A stretch of DNA of 64,000 nt from Botryllus schlosseri (Eukaryota), in NCBI GenBank assembly GCA_051294905.1, contig CM119372.1:32924001-32988000 (forward strand). The letters are read 5' to 3'. The notes under the pieces are model-generated. The model searched no databases. It saw only the letters and a program-made list of their open reading frames with translations, and was not told the origin of the DNA. How positions within the stretch are numbered: the first letter of the stretch is position 1; every line of letters starts with the position of its first letter. The translations under genes and the position numbers were made by a program. Shown piece after piece: positions 43,847 through 55,200 of this stretch.

Positions 43847-45115
43847 CAGGGCTTTGGAGCAGCCGTAAATTTAAACTGCTCCAGCTCCGGCGCTTTCTTC
43901 TATCATACATTAGCTCCGGCTCCAGCTCCGGAGCCGCATTATTACCACTGCTCCGGCTCCAGCTCCGGCTCCGGCTCTGAAATTATCGAATGGGCCTGTC
44001 TATATCAGGGGTGGCCAACCTGCGGGCCAAATGTGGCCCGCGAGATGGTTTTGCGTGGCCAGCGAGGTAATTTCCTATTATATTATCGAAAATGAATTGC
44101 TCAAATTGTGAACTTGCAATGCCAACAAAAAATTACAAGTCTGGCTGCGACACTTGGGATGTTGATGACTAAAATATCAGTTCCGAGGCATTGGCAGATC
44201 CAGGGTCCAGTCACATTTTCAGTAAATCGTAGTACATTACAATAAACTAAAATAGTAGTGAAATTTTTCTTCACGCTTCGCGTTTATAATTATCACACGA
44301 TTTCTTGCTTGGTAGCCTACCCCTACTGAAAATGGAAAAAACGCCTAATTTACCCGATTGAGTTTAACTTATTTCGCAATTACGGGAGAAAGTCTTTTCG
44401 CGTTCGCGCTCGCATAAAGATCGTCGACGGTGAAATATAGGCACAAAATCATTGTCGCATATGATCGGAGACCTTCGATATCGATGTGGCCAAACGCCGA
44501 ATAGTCGTGTCCTTGCAAACTGAGCCTAGCGGGCGGTATACAGTAGACCCGCAATATACTCAAGTAATAAAATTATTGACCTAGTTTATTTATAAACTTT
44601 GAATATTTTTACCCATTTGGCGCGGCTAGTGGAATGCGCACTCGTTCGTCAATCGCATGTGCCCCTTTAGCCGAAAAGGTTCGCCATTCTTAGTCTATAT
44701 AGATTACTAATCTACCCCTAGGTTAGTTATCTATAGTAATCTAGAGTCGGTCAGCCGTCAGTAACATCCGATGTAGCAACAACGACATAGGTGCCGGCGT
44801 GCTGGCTTGTGACGTCATACTTGTCAGTTGTCGATAACATCATAGTTGCACTAGAACGCACTTTACTCTATATGTCATTGCTGTGCACAGCATTAAAATT
44901 CAGGCCTGCTGTTCAATTACGATAAATCAGCAGATGTGGTTGTTGCATATATAATAGCATCTTATGAAATGCGTCGGAGCCGGAGCTACTCCTCAAATAA
45001 CTGGCTCCAGCTCCGGCTCCGGCTCCGGCTGAATTTTATTTAGAGCTCCGGCTCCTGCTCCAGCTCCGGCGAAAATGCACTGCTCCGGGGCTCCGGCTCC
45101 GGCTCCAAAGCCCTG
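43847..45115. mobile_element. hAT-type MITE with (GCTCCG)n arrays inserted in LINE ORF2
   Basis: TIRs CAGGGCTTTGGAGC / GCTCCAAAGCCCTG; perfect TSD gtgttgac; excision rejoins ...SLCVD|LWQDRY... in frame with ORF 45205-45504. Confidence 0.93.
44006..44692. mobile_element. Charlie-like MITE nested in 43847-45115
   Basis: CAGGGGTGGCCAACC ... GGTTCGCCATTCTTA; perfect TSD gtctatat (43998-44005, 44693-44700). Confidence 0.85.
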
Positions 45116-45725
45116 GTGTTGACCTCTGGCAAGACCGATACCGTTCTTCGGACACCGGGTCGCACTACCGTCAATTCCGAGAATCAATCCTCGCGCCTGC
45201 GCCGATGCTCTCTAATCGTCTATTCGACTCCATCATGTTCCGGCTCCGCACTGGACACTGCAAGCTGAAGAGTCATCTGTTCAAAATCGGTTGTGTTCCC
45301 TCCCCCCTTTGTGAACGTTGTCACGTACCTGAAACGGTGTACCATTTTGTTATTGTATGTCCGAAATATCAATTTTATCGCAGATTTCTGCGCGACGAGT
45401 GTACTAGGCTCAATCTTCATTTTACTCTGTTTCAAGTGTTGTCTAACCCAGCCTTATCGCCCGCTGTTGCTGAATTTGTTCTATCAAGTGGTAGATACAT
45501 CTGAGTGCCGTTGTCATGCTGAGTGCCTTGTTCTTGAATTTTCCTGAGTACCTTTTTCTTGAATTTTTCCTAATCTTATTTGCGTCCGTGGCACACAAGA
45601 CCTTAACAGGTGATAAGTGCCACTGAAAACCTTTATTAATAATAACAATAAGACACCCATTTTGGCCTAGGCGATGTAAAGAGGAGGCATGCACGCTGAA
45701 TGAAAAGGAAAGGAATAGTATAGAA

Positions 45726-47045
45726 CGGGGGTTCTCAACCTGGGGGGCGCGGGAGGCTCTCAGGGGGGGCGCGAGAAATTGACGAAGTCTGTATAAATTG
45801 TGACTAAAAATGTGTTTCGCAACCATTCTGAAAAGACGATTGTTGAAGATTAAACTTTTTTCGTATTCTATAAATCTTGCCAATCTCAAACTCCAGCAGT
45901 CGCGCTCAACGGAGTATAGGCTGACTCAACTTCATTTTGGCAAATTTTTGATATTCTTTGAAGATTTAGAGCAATTCCTACGTGCAACTCATTCATTACT
46001 TTATAGCTTTGGCAGTAGCCTATATCTCGGTGCGCTAGGTAGCTGTTGTTGATAGATAGCGAACTGCACTGCCTAAGACAGACTTGGACGCAATATGCGT
46101 TACCCGGTTTCGCCCTGCATTAGGCTATAATTCAACTCAATTTAATTCATTTCCAAAACTGATCAAATTTAGCACGGTAGCACTGAACGATGCCGTGCTC
46201 TCTGTAGTCACTACCAGCATCATGATTAGTCTCAGTGCAACCTACCTTGAAATTAATAGATGTACCGTTCAATGTCTTTTTTTGTTATTTTCGAACAAGT
46301 TTGGGGAAATTTGTCAGCAATGTAAAAGACTCAACATCTGGAATGCGGATTCAAAATTGGCGTAAGATATACCTTATGTATACTATTAGATCAGGGGTGG
46401 GCAACCTGCGCCAGTAGGCCTACGGCCGAATGCGGCCGTAGAAGGGAATTTGTGCGGCCGTCGACGCCTAATTTAATTAGTACGTGTTGGCGGCCGCAAG
46501 CATGCAAACTGCATTTACGAATTCACTCCCGAATTTTCGAGAGATTACATTTAATCTTGAAATTTTCTCGCGCTCCGCGCAATTCATCAAGACTCCATTT
46601 TTCGATTTTAATGCAGTAGCGCCCTTCTTAAACTGAGCCGGAATGGGAATCGTCAAGAAATAACAATTCATTCGCGGCTCTGAAAAATTTTCGCGCTCCG
46701 CGCGACAATATGCGCTTTCAGCAACTATTCAGGACATTGCCACTCGCGACTTCAGTGCCTACAATAGGCCGTTGTGAAAAGTAGAATAGTCCGTAGTTCA
46801 CCGGGAATGGATATGGATACTTTACCATAGGTATTTAGCGTCCAGGTCGTTCATTGCGGCTATGCCCTGGAATGCGGCTACATACGTGATCGAAATGTGG
46901 TCGTGATTAGCAAGATGGTTGTCCACCTTTGTACTAGCTGATGTGCTCTTTTTGACATGACGATAAATGCAAGCCGTCAGGGGGGGCGCGATTTTCTTTA
47001 CCATCGCCAAGGGGGGCGCGTGTCAAAAAAGGTTGAGAACCGCTG
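45726..47045. mobile_element. Charlie-like hAT MITE with an internal second TIR at 46392
   Basis: TIRs CGGGGGTTCTCAACC / GGTTGAGAACCGCTG; perfect TSD gtatagaa (45718-45725, 47046-47053). Confidence 0.9.
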
Positions 47046-47990
47046 GTATAGAAGAAAGCATGCAACAAAAATGGGGTGGCGTGTCACGGAACGCGAGATC
47101 GATTGGTCAGGTCGTGGTCCGGTAATCTTGCGGCCTACTAGTATTCATTTAGTAGTACATTGTATTTCGACTTGAATGTGGATGTAATTGCTCGTCGACT
47201 GTCGGATGGCCACCGGGACACTGTTCCACGCGTCAGGTCCGGCATATTTGATAGGGCGATGATATTTTCGGTCAATCATATGATATTTGGACGACATGGA
47301 CGCGCGTGTGTTCGTGATGTACTTGTGCGCTTTTGATTCCGAGGTAAAGAAGACATTGAAATATTCGGGGCAATGACCGCAGTGTCCTGGGAGGACGCCT
47401 AAATGTCCTTTTTTGGGGGGAATTTATCCACTTTACTACAGAAAATGTTAAAAAGCGATCGAGTTGGCAAGACAATCAAAAGAAAAATGCGACGTGACGG
47501 GTAATTTGGGAGTAGAGATGGGAAAGCTTTTTTATTCAACACAGTACTATTGTCGAAAATTTAAAAATCCCCAGTTTTCTTTTCCGGTACTAAAGCTTTC
47601 AGAATTTTTGAAAATTGTCCTCTTTTACAGATCTCAGAATATGATGGGAACCCTGGTTTACATCCCATGCAATGCACCTTGTGGAGCGTGATTGAAGAAT
47701 GGAGACGCATTGAGATGCAAAGCTCATCCGAGTCTCTATAATATCCAGCAGAGGAGGCCACGATCCGGTTCAGTAGCCGGAGTGGGAGCATGATTTTGAA
47801 TTTTATTTGAAAATCGTTTTTTTTTTCACTAGAATTTAACAAATTAGCAGGATTTTTTCAGACTCTGTCATGGATATCCAGATTCGAAATTTACCAGTCG
47901 GATTTTTTAAATTACCAGCCGGACCCGGATGGATTCGGATTCTAAATATTAGGAATCCGATCATCTCCGTCCTACAGGGTTGGTTCGATT

Positions 47991-48115
47991 ATGTTCACAA
48001 TAAGAGCAATTTTGTTCACAATAAGAACAGTCTCATGTTCACAATAAGAGCAGTCATGTTCACAATAAGAGCAGTCTCATGTTCACAATAAGAGCAGTCG
48101 TTGTATTCACAATAA
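47991..48115 (+). repeat. About 6 copies of a 21-23 bp motif ATGTTCACAATAAGAGCAGTC
   Basis: Direct tandem copies; one further copy at about 48550-48575. Confidence 0.85.
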
Positions 48116-48134
48116 CATCAGTCGCAGCACCACC

Positions 48135-48548
48135 ATATCCCCCGGACACGATGTCCGAGTGGCAACATAGTCCGAACACAACCCAAACATGATGTCCGAA
48201 CACCCCCAGACACGATGTCCGAACCCCCCAGACACGCCCCAGACACGATGTCCGAGTGTACACGCAGTCCGAACACACCCCAGACACGATGTCCGAACGC
48301 CCCCCCCCCCCCCCCCCCAGACACGATGTCCGAGTGTCAACGCAGTCCGAACACACTCCTGACATGATGTCCAAACACCCCCAGACATGATGTCCGAGTG
48401 TTAACGCAGTCCGAACACACCCCAGACACGATGTCTGAACGCCCCTTCCCCAGACACACCCCAGACAATCCCCAGACATGATGTCCAAACACCCCCAGAC
48501 ATGAGGTCCAGAGTGTCAATGCAGTCCGAAGATACCCCAGACATGATA
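48135..48548 (+). repeat. Complex minisatellite (CCCCAGACACGATGTCCGA variants)
   Basis: More than 10 interleaved variants of CAGACA(C/T)GATGTCCGA and GCAGTCCGAACACACCC. Confidence 0.88.
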
Positions 48549-48924
48549 ATACAATAAGAACAGCCATGTTCACAAATACTCGACTGATTTTATCGCATCA
48601 CGTCATTTGTGAAACAACTGACAAAGAATATAAGCTCGACTGGCACCTGAACAGAGCTATCTCGCGAAACACTATCGCCGTCGCGAAATCTTCACAGCTG
48701 ATAGTTGTCGCTCTGCTGCAAACAAAATATCGAAAAATGCATTTCTAGACAACAAAATCTGGATTGGACAAAACAAATAGTGTTCCGACACCTGAAACAC
48801 CGTACCTCAAAATCTTGATGTCTCTCTTGATCAAACAGTTATTTTAGAAAGTAATAGGACAGTCCTATATGTTGCTAAACTGTAAACAAGTGTGTGCAAC
48901 TCATCTTGAAGAAATCTCAAAACT

Positions 48925-50511
48925 ATACGATACGCTCAACTATACAGTCAAGAATATTAAAAGTTATTCACGAAAAATATTCTAAATTTTTCAATCTATT
49001 CACTGTGTCAAGGAATGGCTTTCAAATACGTATAGCCTTTAGTTAAGCCTAGCATCACACCAATTTTCAGAGATATCCAAGTGGCGCAAGGTGTCCAACG
49101 GGCCCGATACGCTCGGCTGCACGGTCATTGAAATTCAAATTTATTCACGAAAAGTATTCGAAAATTTTCAAACTATAACCTGTGTCAAGGAATGGCTTTC
49201 AAATACGTATAGCCTTTAGTTAAGCCTAGCATCACACCAATTTTCAGAGATATCCAAGTGGCGCAAGGTGTCCAACGGGCCCGATACGCTCGGCTGCACA
49301 GTCATTGAAATTCAAATTTATTCACGAAAAATATTCTAAATTTTTCAATCTATTCACTGTGTCAAGGAATGGCTTTCGAATACGTATAACTTACAGTCAA
49401 GCCTAGCATCACACCAATTTTCAGAGATATCCAAGTGGCGCAAGGTGTCCAACGGGCCCGATACGCTCGGCTGCACAGTCATTGAAATTCAAATTTATTC
49501 ACGAAAAATATTCTAAATTTTTCAATCTATTCACTGTGTCAAGGAATGGCTTTCAAATACGTATAACTTACAGTCAAGCCTAGCATCACACCAATTTTCA
49601 GAGATATCCAAGTGGCGCAAGGTGTCCAACGGGCCCGATACGCTCGGCTGCACAGTCATTGAAATTCAAATTTATTCACGAAAAATATTCTAAATTTTTC
49701 AATCTATTGACTGTGTCAAGGAATGGCTTTCAAATACGTATAGCTTACAGTCAAGCCTAGCATCACACCAATTTTCAGAGATATCCAAGTGGCGCAAGGT
49801 GTCCAACGGGCCCGATACGCTCGGCTACACAGTCATTGAAATTCAAATTTATTCACGAAAAATATTCTAAATTTTTCAATCTATTCACTGTGTCAAGGAA
49901 TGGCTTTCAAATACGTATAGCCTTTAGTTAAGCCTAGCATCACACCAATTTTCAGAGATATCCAAGTGGCGCAAGGTGTCCAACGGGCCCGATACGTCTG
50001 ACTGCTCATTGTGCTCAGTGATAAAAATTCAAATTTATTCACGAAAAGTATTCGAAAATTTTCAAACTATAACCTGTGTCAAGGAATGGCTTTCAAATAC
50101 GTATAGCCTTTAGTTAAGCCTAGCATCACACCAATTTTCAGAGATATCCAAGTGGCGCAAGGTGTCCAACGGGCCCGATACGCTCGGCTGCACAGTCATT
50201 GAAATTCAAATTTATTCACGAAAAATATTCTAAATTTTTCAATCTATTCACTGTGTCAAGGAATGGCTTTCAAATACGTATAGCCTTTAGTTAAGCCTAG
50301 CATCACACCAATTTTCAGAGATATCCAAGTGGCGCAAGGTGTCCAACGGGCCCAATAAGCTCGACTGAACAATCATTGAAATTCAAATTTATTCGCGAAA
50401 AATATTCGAAAATTTTAAACTATAACCTGTGTTAAGGAATGGCTTTCAAATACGTATAGTCTATCGTTAGGCCTAGCATCACACCAGTTTTCAGCGATAT
50501 CCAAGTGGCGC
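48925..50511 (+). repeat. 177-bp tandem array, 9 copies, with degenerate trailing copies to about 51035
   Basis: Anchor GTGT(C/T)AAGGAATGG at 49005, 49182, 49359, 49536, 49713, 49890, 50076, 50253, 50429; spacing 177 except one 186 and one 176. Confidence 0.95.
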
Positions 50512-51054
50512 ACTGTAGCCAACCAATTATTAATAGCAGTGAATGGTATTAAATGGAAAATAATAGTGAAATAATAATAAAATTGTGTTTTTTACAAATG
50601 TATGTATCCATCAAACTGGATACGGCGGTATGAAATATCGACAAAAACGAAATTGAATGATACGAACATTCAAACAATAGCAAAACAATAAAATATTAAA
50701 TAATAATAAATAATGAAATTATGTAAATGAATAATTTCAAATGCCTATAGCACACAGTACCATTACAGAGTACCATAACACCAATTGTCAGTGATATCAA
50801 AGTGGTGCAAGGTGTCCAGATGCGCGCCATGAACCAGGAAACTAAATTATAACTGACACACAATTATAATGAATACAATCATAGGATCATACTAAATTTG
50901 AATCACAATGAATAAATGAAAACAAAATGATATTAAATAAAACAAACGCGCCAATGAATGACTTCCACATACATATGGCATACAGTCAGGCCATAATAAA
51001 TTATAGCAATATTCGAGTGGCTCAAAGGTGCCAAACACCATCCACTAAGTGAGC

Positions 51055-51813
51055 TCATCTACTTGTCGCATAGGAATTACGTTGCCATGGTATAGCCTCA
51101 TTTTCCTTTACTTCTTTTGGAATGGTCGTTGGAGAACATCGAGCATGAATCCATTCCTTACAGGAAGAGCATTCAACCATATCACCGTGCATTGTGACGT
51201 ATGGCAGTTTGCAGAGACAGTAAGTCTTCACAGAAATAGTTGCTCGTGGTTGTGGAGCTTCTTCAACACTGCTATGCATTTTTCGAACAATGTTGTCCTC
51301 CATCATACCACGACAAGTTCTTCGCAGTTCGGCCTCAGTGAACTCGGCGCATTCGGGTCGAACGTCAAAACAAATGCAAATGGCACAGGCGATCGCCAGC
51401 ACACCGCAGTTTCCTGAATTAGTTTGTTGTTGGACATCAGGAAAAATCATCTTCACATCTTGTGTGTTGGGACGAAGAAGTTTCGCGATGACGCATTGCG
51501 ATGCCGCGTTGTAGGCATGCTTGTTATATGCGGAATCGTATACGCACACCTCTTGTGAGTTCGCAGCAAAATAATTTGACACTGTTACCCAATGATTATT
51601 ATTGATGTTGATAATTTGGACAAATTTTGAATTCGGTGCATACGATACATCGCAATCCATTGTGTAGATGCTGCAACTGGAAAAGCCATCCACGCTTGGA
51701 AATTTCCTTGACATCATCCACATCAAATGGTCAATTATATCTCCATTCAGCCATGCATCCGCTGAATCTATAATGCGTTTGCATGCGATAGTAGTATAGT
51801 CGATCGCTCGCAT
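51055..51813 (-). CDS. Intronless Ulp1/SENP-like (C48) cysteine protease plus PHD finger, probably transposon-borne and decaying
   Basis: WLNGDII, NNNHW, VYDS, QQQTNSGNCG (His-Asp-Cys triad and oxyanion Gln present); PHD YCLC...MVECSSCKEWIHARC...W, whose last two Cys read CGT (R) and TAT (Y), each one transition from TGT. Confidence 0.8.
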   Translation of the reverse strand: MRAIDYTTIACKRIIDSADAWLNGDIIDHLMWMMSRKFPSVDGFSSCSIYTMDCDVSYAPNSKFVQIININNNHWVTVSNYFAANSQEVCVYDSAYNKHAYNAASQCVIAKLLRPNTQDVKMIFPDVQQQTNSGNCGVLAIACAICICFDVRPECAEFTEAELRRTCRGMMEDNIVRKMHSSVEEAPQPRATISVKTYCLCKLPYVTMHGDMVECSSCKEWIHARCSPTTIPKEVKENEAIPWQRNSYATSR

Positions 51814-51824
51814 GACGCAATGGG

Positions 51825-52260
51825 TTTCTTATGGGCGGGGTGGCATGGTGCCGTGAAACCGGGGGTGGCATGGTGACCCTTATGTCTTATGGCGGGGGTG
51901 GCATGGTGCCATTGTGTCTTATGGCGGGGGTGGCATGGTTACCTTTTCGGGTATAGGCTGCGGCGGCATGGTGCCGAGAAACCGGGGGTGGCATGCGGCT
52001 ATTTCGTCTTATGGCGGGGGTGGCATGGTGCCATTGTGTCTTATGGCGGCGGTGGCATGGTTACCTTTTCGGGTATAGGCTGCGGCGGTATGGTACCGTG
52101 AAACTCGTGGTGGCATGGTGACCCTTATAACTATAGGCTGCGGTCGCATGGTGCCACTGTGTCTTATGGGTGCGGCGACATGCTAACGACGATAAATGTG
52201 TCTGTCATGTATTCTTACGGGCTCAGTGATGAGTCGCCATGTGTTCTTATGGGTGCGGTC
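51825..52260 (+). repeat. GC-rich minisatellite (TCTTATGGCGGGGGTGGCATGGTG variants)
   Basis: More than 10 copies of GGCATGGT-containing units, starting about 12 bp upstream of the Ulp1 ORF start. Confidence 0.88.
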
Positions 52261-55200
52261 GTGAATCGTACTTTCAGGCATCTCTCGTGCGGTGTTGAAT
52301 AGTCACCAACAATAACCGCACAAACGGAAACTTGGCTTGCAAGAGGATTAAGCAGTGCGTGCGACCTATATTTCGAATGACCTGCGCGCTGAATTGTTTC
52401 CGTGCAGTCGTGTGCTACTATCGATTATTACACTAGATCAGTCAGTGTGAAATAGTTCGCTAAATCTAGGAATCAGTCGCATGGTGTTACTTTAGTAATT
52501 AGTTTACCACAGAGCCGGCGTAGCCGGTGATTCGAATACCGACAAATTTTCACTTATTTCTGACCCAACCCTAATCCTCTGTGAAGTTGACGCTTATTCA
52601 AAAAGGTGTGAAATATTTGTAAAACCCTGCGATCGCTGACAAGATAATGTCTCGAACATAACCATCTTTAGCGACTTGGTGTTACAGACATACCGATCGC
52701 TCACAAGGTAATATCTCCGCAGTAAGTTTGTCACAGAGCCGGCGCAGACGGTGATTCGTAAACCAACAATTTGACACTTTCTGGTGGTCGCTATATGTTT
52801 GACACTTCGGAACGCGGTTGACTTTAGTTGTATGATAAGAATCATGCAAAAATACAAGTAATGTGTCAATTTGTCAACTTGAAATGAAACTTACTACACA
52901 GCTCAAGTTGATTCGTATCTGAATGTGTTAATTCGGTACAATTCTAATTATTTTGAGAAATCTTTTCGTGATCTTTTGATTCGACCATAACCCGAATATT
53001 ACTGACGCCGACTATCAGCCACATTGAATTATTCGCACATTCCACGCTGCTGTTTTCACACTTATAGAATCAATACCAACTATAATTCTACAAGAATCAA
53101 GAATCACAAGTATGTGCATTATACAGTTATTGTCTTTATCAACACGAAATCAAACTCTTAACAAAAACACACATCTTATCACTCGTCAACTCTATCATGA
53201 AAAGCCTCGAGTCCTTATTATCAAAAATGTTATACCGCGGTGTCGGAATCCATTCGCGGGATGTACTACAGGTAAATCCAGATAATCCAAAATGACATAT
53301 TTGGACTTTGACATAATCTGAATTGAAATATATTGACAAACATGACTACCAACTTTGATCCAGTCACATTTCAAGATCATACTTTGAAACTTACAACTCT
53401 ATTCACGATCCTGCTTTCCGTTTGTCAAAGAGATATTTCAACATCTTACCATACTCAAAAGAATTATTCACAACATTAACAATTGTTAAAAATCTAGTTT
53501 TCACTTACTTGATTATATCACTACAACTCATAAATTTGAATTAATTCATCTTGGTTGTACTCGTATGATCGGTCTTTTTTTATTCGATTGTAAAGGTCGT
53601 TACTATTCTGAAGAGAAAGTATTTACTAATCGGTGCATATACGATTTTACTTGAACATATTATATTTTGAGTATACGAGATTTGAATGTCTGAACAATAA
53701 CTGAGAAATAATTTATCACAATTAAATCCGTATATCACAGCGTAAAAGATATTGGAATGTCAGCAACTCGGTAAGGTCATAGTTACTACCGCATTACCTA
53801 ATTTACCCGACCAACTCGTCATGATCATTCCTGAAATCAACACAAACATAACCACTGACTTGAGTTAACCACAAAACAGCATCAAGTTTTAAATCCACTT
53901 GTAGCTTACGGCTTATTTGAATGCGGGTTATGTTTTGTTGTAATAGTATTACGTCTCGACATCTCACCATCTTACCATATTCAAAGAGTCAACCACGAAA
54001 ACATTGTCAAGTAAATCCGTTTGTAACTTACCCGACCAACTCAAACAGTATCAGTATGAAAAACAGCCAAACATACACGAATCCACACAATCACTAAAAC
54101 CTAAAATCCATAACAAGCTTGGTTGTATTCATATCCCTACACACCTTTTTTTATTCAACTTGAAAAGTCGTTACTATTCTGTAAGATAGATGAATTACTA
54201 CGCGGTATATTCTGCAAGACAAAAGTAATTACTTCTCAGGGTCGGCGACTTGAGATTAACATAATATGTTTGAGTATACGAGATTTGAAAGTCCGACCAA
54301 CGTAGTTGAGAATTCATTTCTTACAATCGAACGATGGTGTTATATTCAAAGTTATCATGCTGTGAACATAAGGATTGACACATTGATTTGACATATGAGA
54401 TTTTGTAATAGTTGATCATTACTTTATTATTAAATTATTCGCGTTAATTAGACCCGGCGTTGTGGTAAATGTTATGACAGCAACAAACTTTTCAGTACCA
54501 ATGTTATTAACATATTAAGCTGTAAAACTATGTGTGTCTGAAATGTTCTTGATAGGAAAATTACTCCACCTTGGTAAAAATCACTCTGCGTATCGCGGAT
54601 ATCAGAAAATATTTCCAGTAACCAAGACTAAAGATGAAACGACAATATCGGTATTATTACATTCAACAATCAGTACAATTATTAAAATCTATCGTTTGCG
54701 ATAAACAGCACTAAAGATGTAATAATTCCAGTATTCATACATTGAACATTCGATACAAAATGCTTTATTATCCCGATTCCCAACGAGTAATTGAAACGAC
54801 TAAGTGTAGAATCAGTATATCAAAATATCGTTACTATTGAATCCAACGATTTATGGTCGGAATTTGTGACAGAGAATTGAAACATATGCACTTTACAGAG
54901 TGTGAAAATATCACTTTGAGTATCGAGTACCGTTCGAAGCTAGCGATCAATTCTTAATCATTTCAGTAACTCCCCGTTGTGCGCGCTAAATGTAAAATAT
55001 CGCGAGGTTATACACTTAAAGACTTTGATTATTGCAAAAGTAAATTGTGATATGTTTGTTAGATGCATCCAATTCAACTAGAAGTGTCTAGTGCCCAACA
55101 CTCGTAATATCGAAAAAGTACTTGCTACAATATAATTCGCTAAACGTGTTTTGTATTGTTGTTCATTTGTAGTATTGATTGTTTTTGAACCCTCAAATAA

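Larger units (their letters stand above)
40441..45504 (+). pseudogene. LINE ORF2: AP endonuclease, reverse transcriptase, RNase H, C-terminal Cys/His motif (disrupted)
   Basis: QWNCRG, LQETHL, GDFNAHH, SDH (APE); YRPISLTS, QSGFR, GLPQG, YADD (RT); YTDGSK, AELSAI, ILSDC, WIPGH...GN..AD (RNase H); RLRTGH...CERC...ETVYHFVIVC. Frameshift near 40830, in-frame TAA at 42971-42973, MITE at 43847-45115. Confidence 0.93.
38627..45651 (+). mobile_element. Non-LTR retrotransposon, I group (I/Nimb-like), near full length but inactivated
   Basis: ORF1 with three zinc knuckles; ORF2 APE-RT-RNase H-CCHC; 3' UTR stem GTGGCAC...GTGCCAC and TAA-rich tail at 45637-45651; 5' end and TSD not resolved. Confidence 0.92.

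Noticed and set aside
43847..44095. C-terminal PAPAPEP/SGSSSGSGS tail of the 370-aa RNase H ORF
   Set aside because: Read-through into the (GCTCCG)n MITE; the true ORF2 resumes at 45124
47513..47968. Possible MITE with CCGGAT repeats (TAGAGATG...CATCTCC)
   Set aside because: Right terminus imperfect and no TSD found
47991..48573. Overlapping minus-strand ORFs (78-142 aa) and CRISPR-like look of the short repeats
   Set aside because: Products of minisatellite periodicity; no unique spacers and no cas genes
48925..50511. 177-bp array as a CRISPR array or as tandem minus-strand exons
   Set aside because: No unique spacers and a eukaryotic context; the best AG...GT segment is 56 nt, not frame-preserving, with a weak donor
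47975..52572. CAGGGTTGG at 47975 and CCAACCCTA near 52565 as TIRs of the Ulp1 element
   Set aside because: Match is only about 8 bp with no convincing TSD; could be chance
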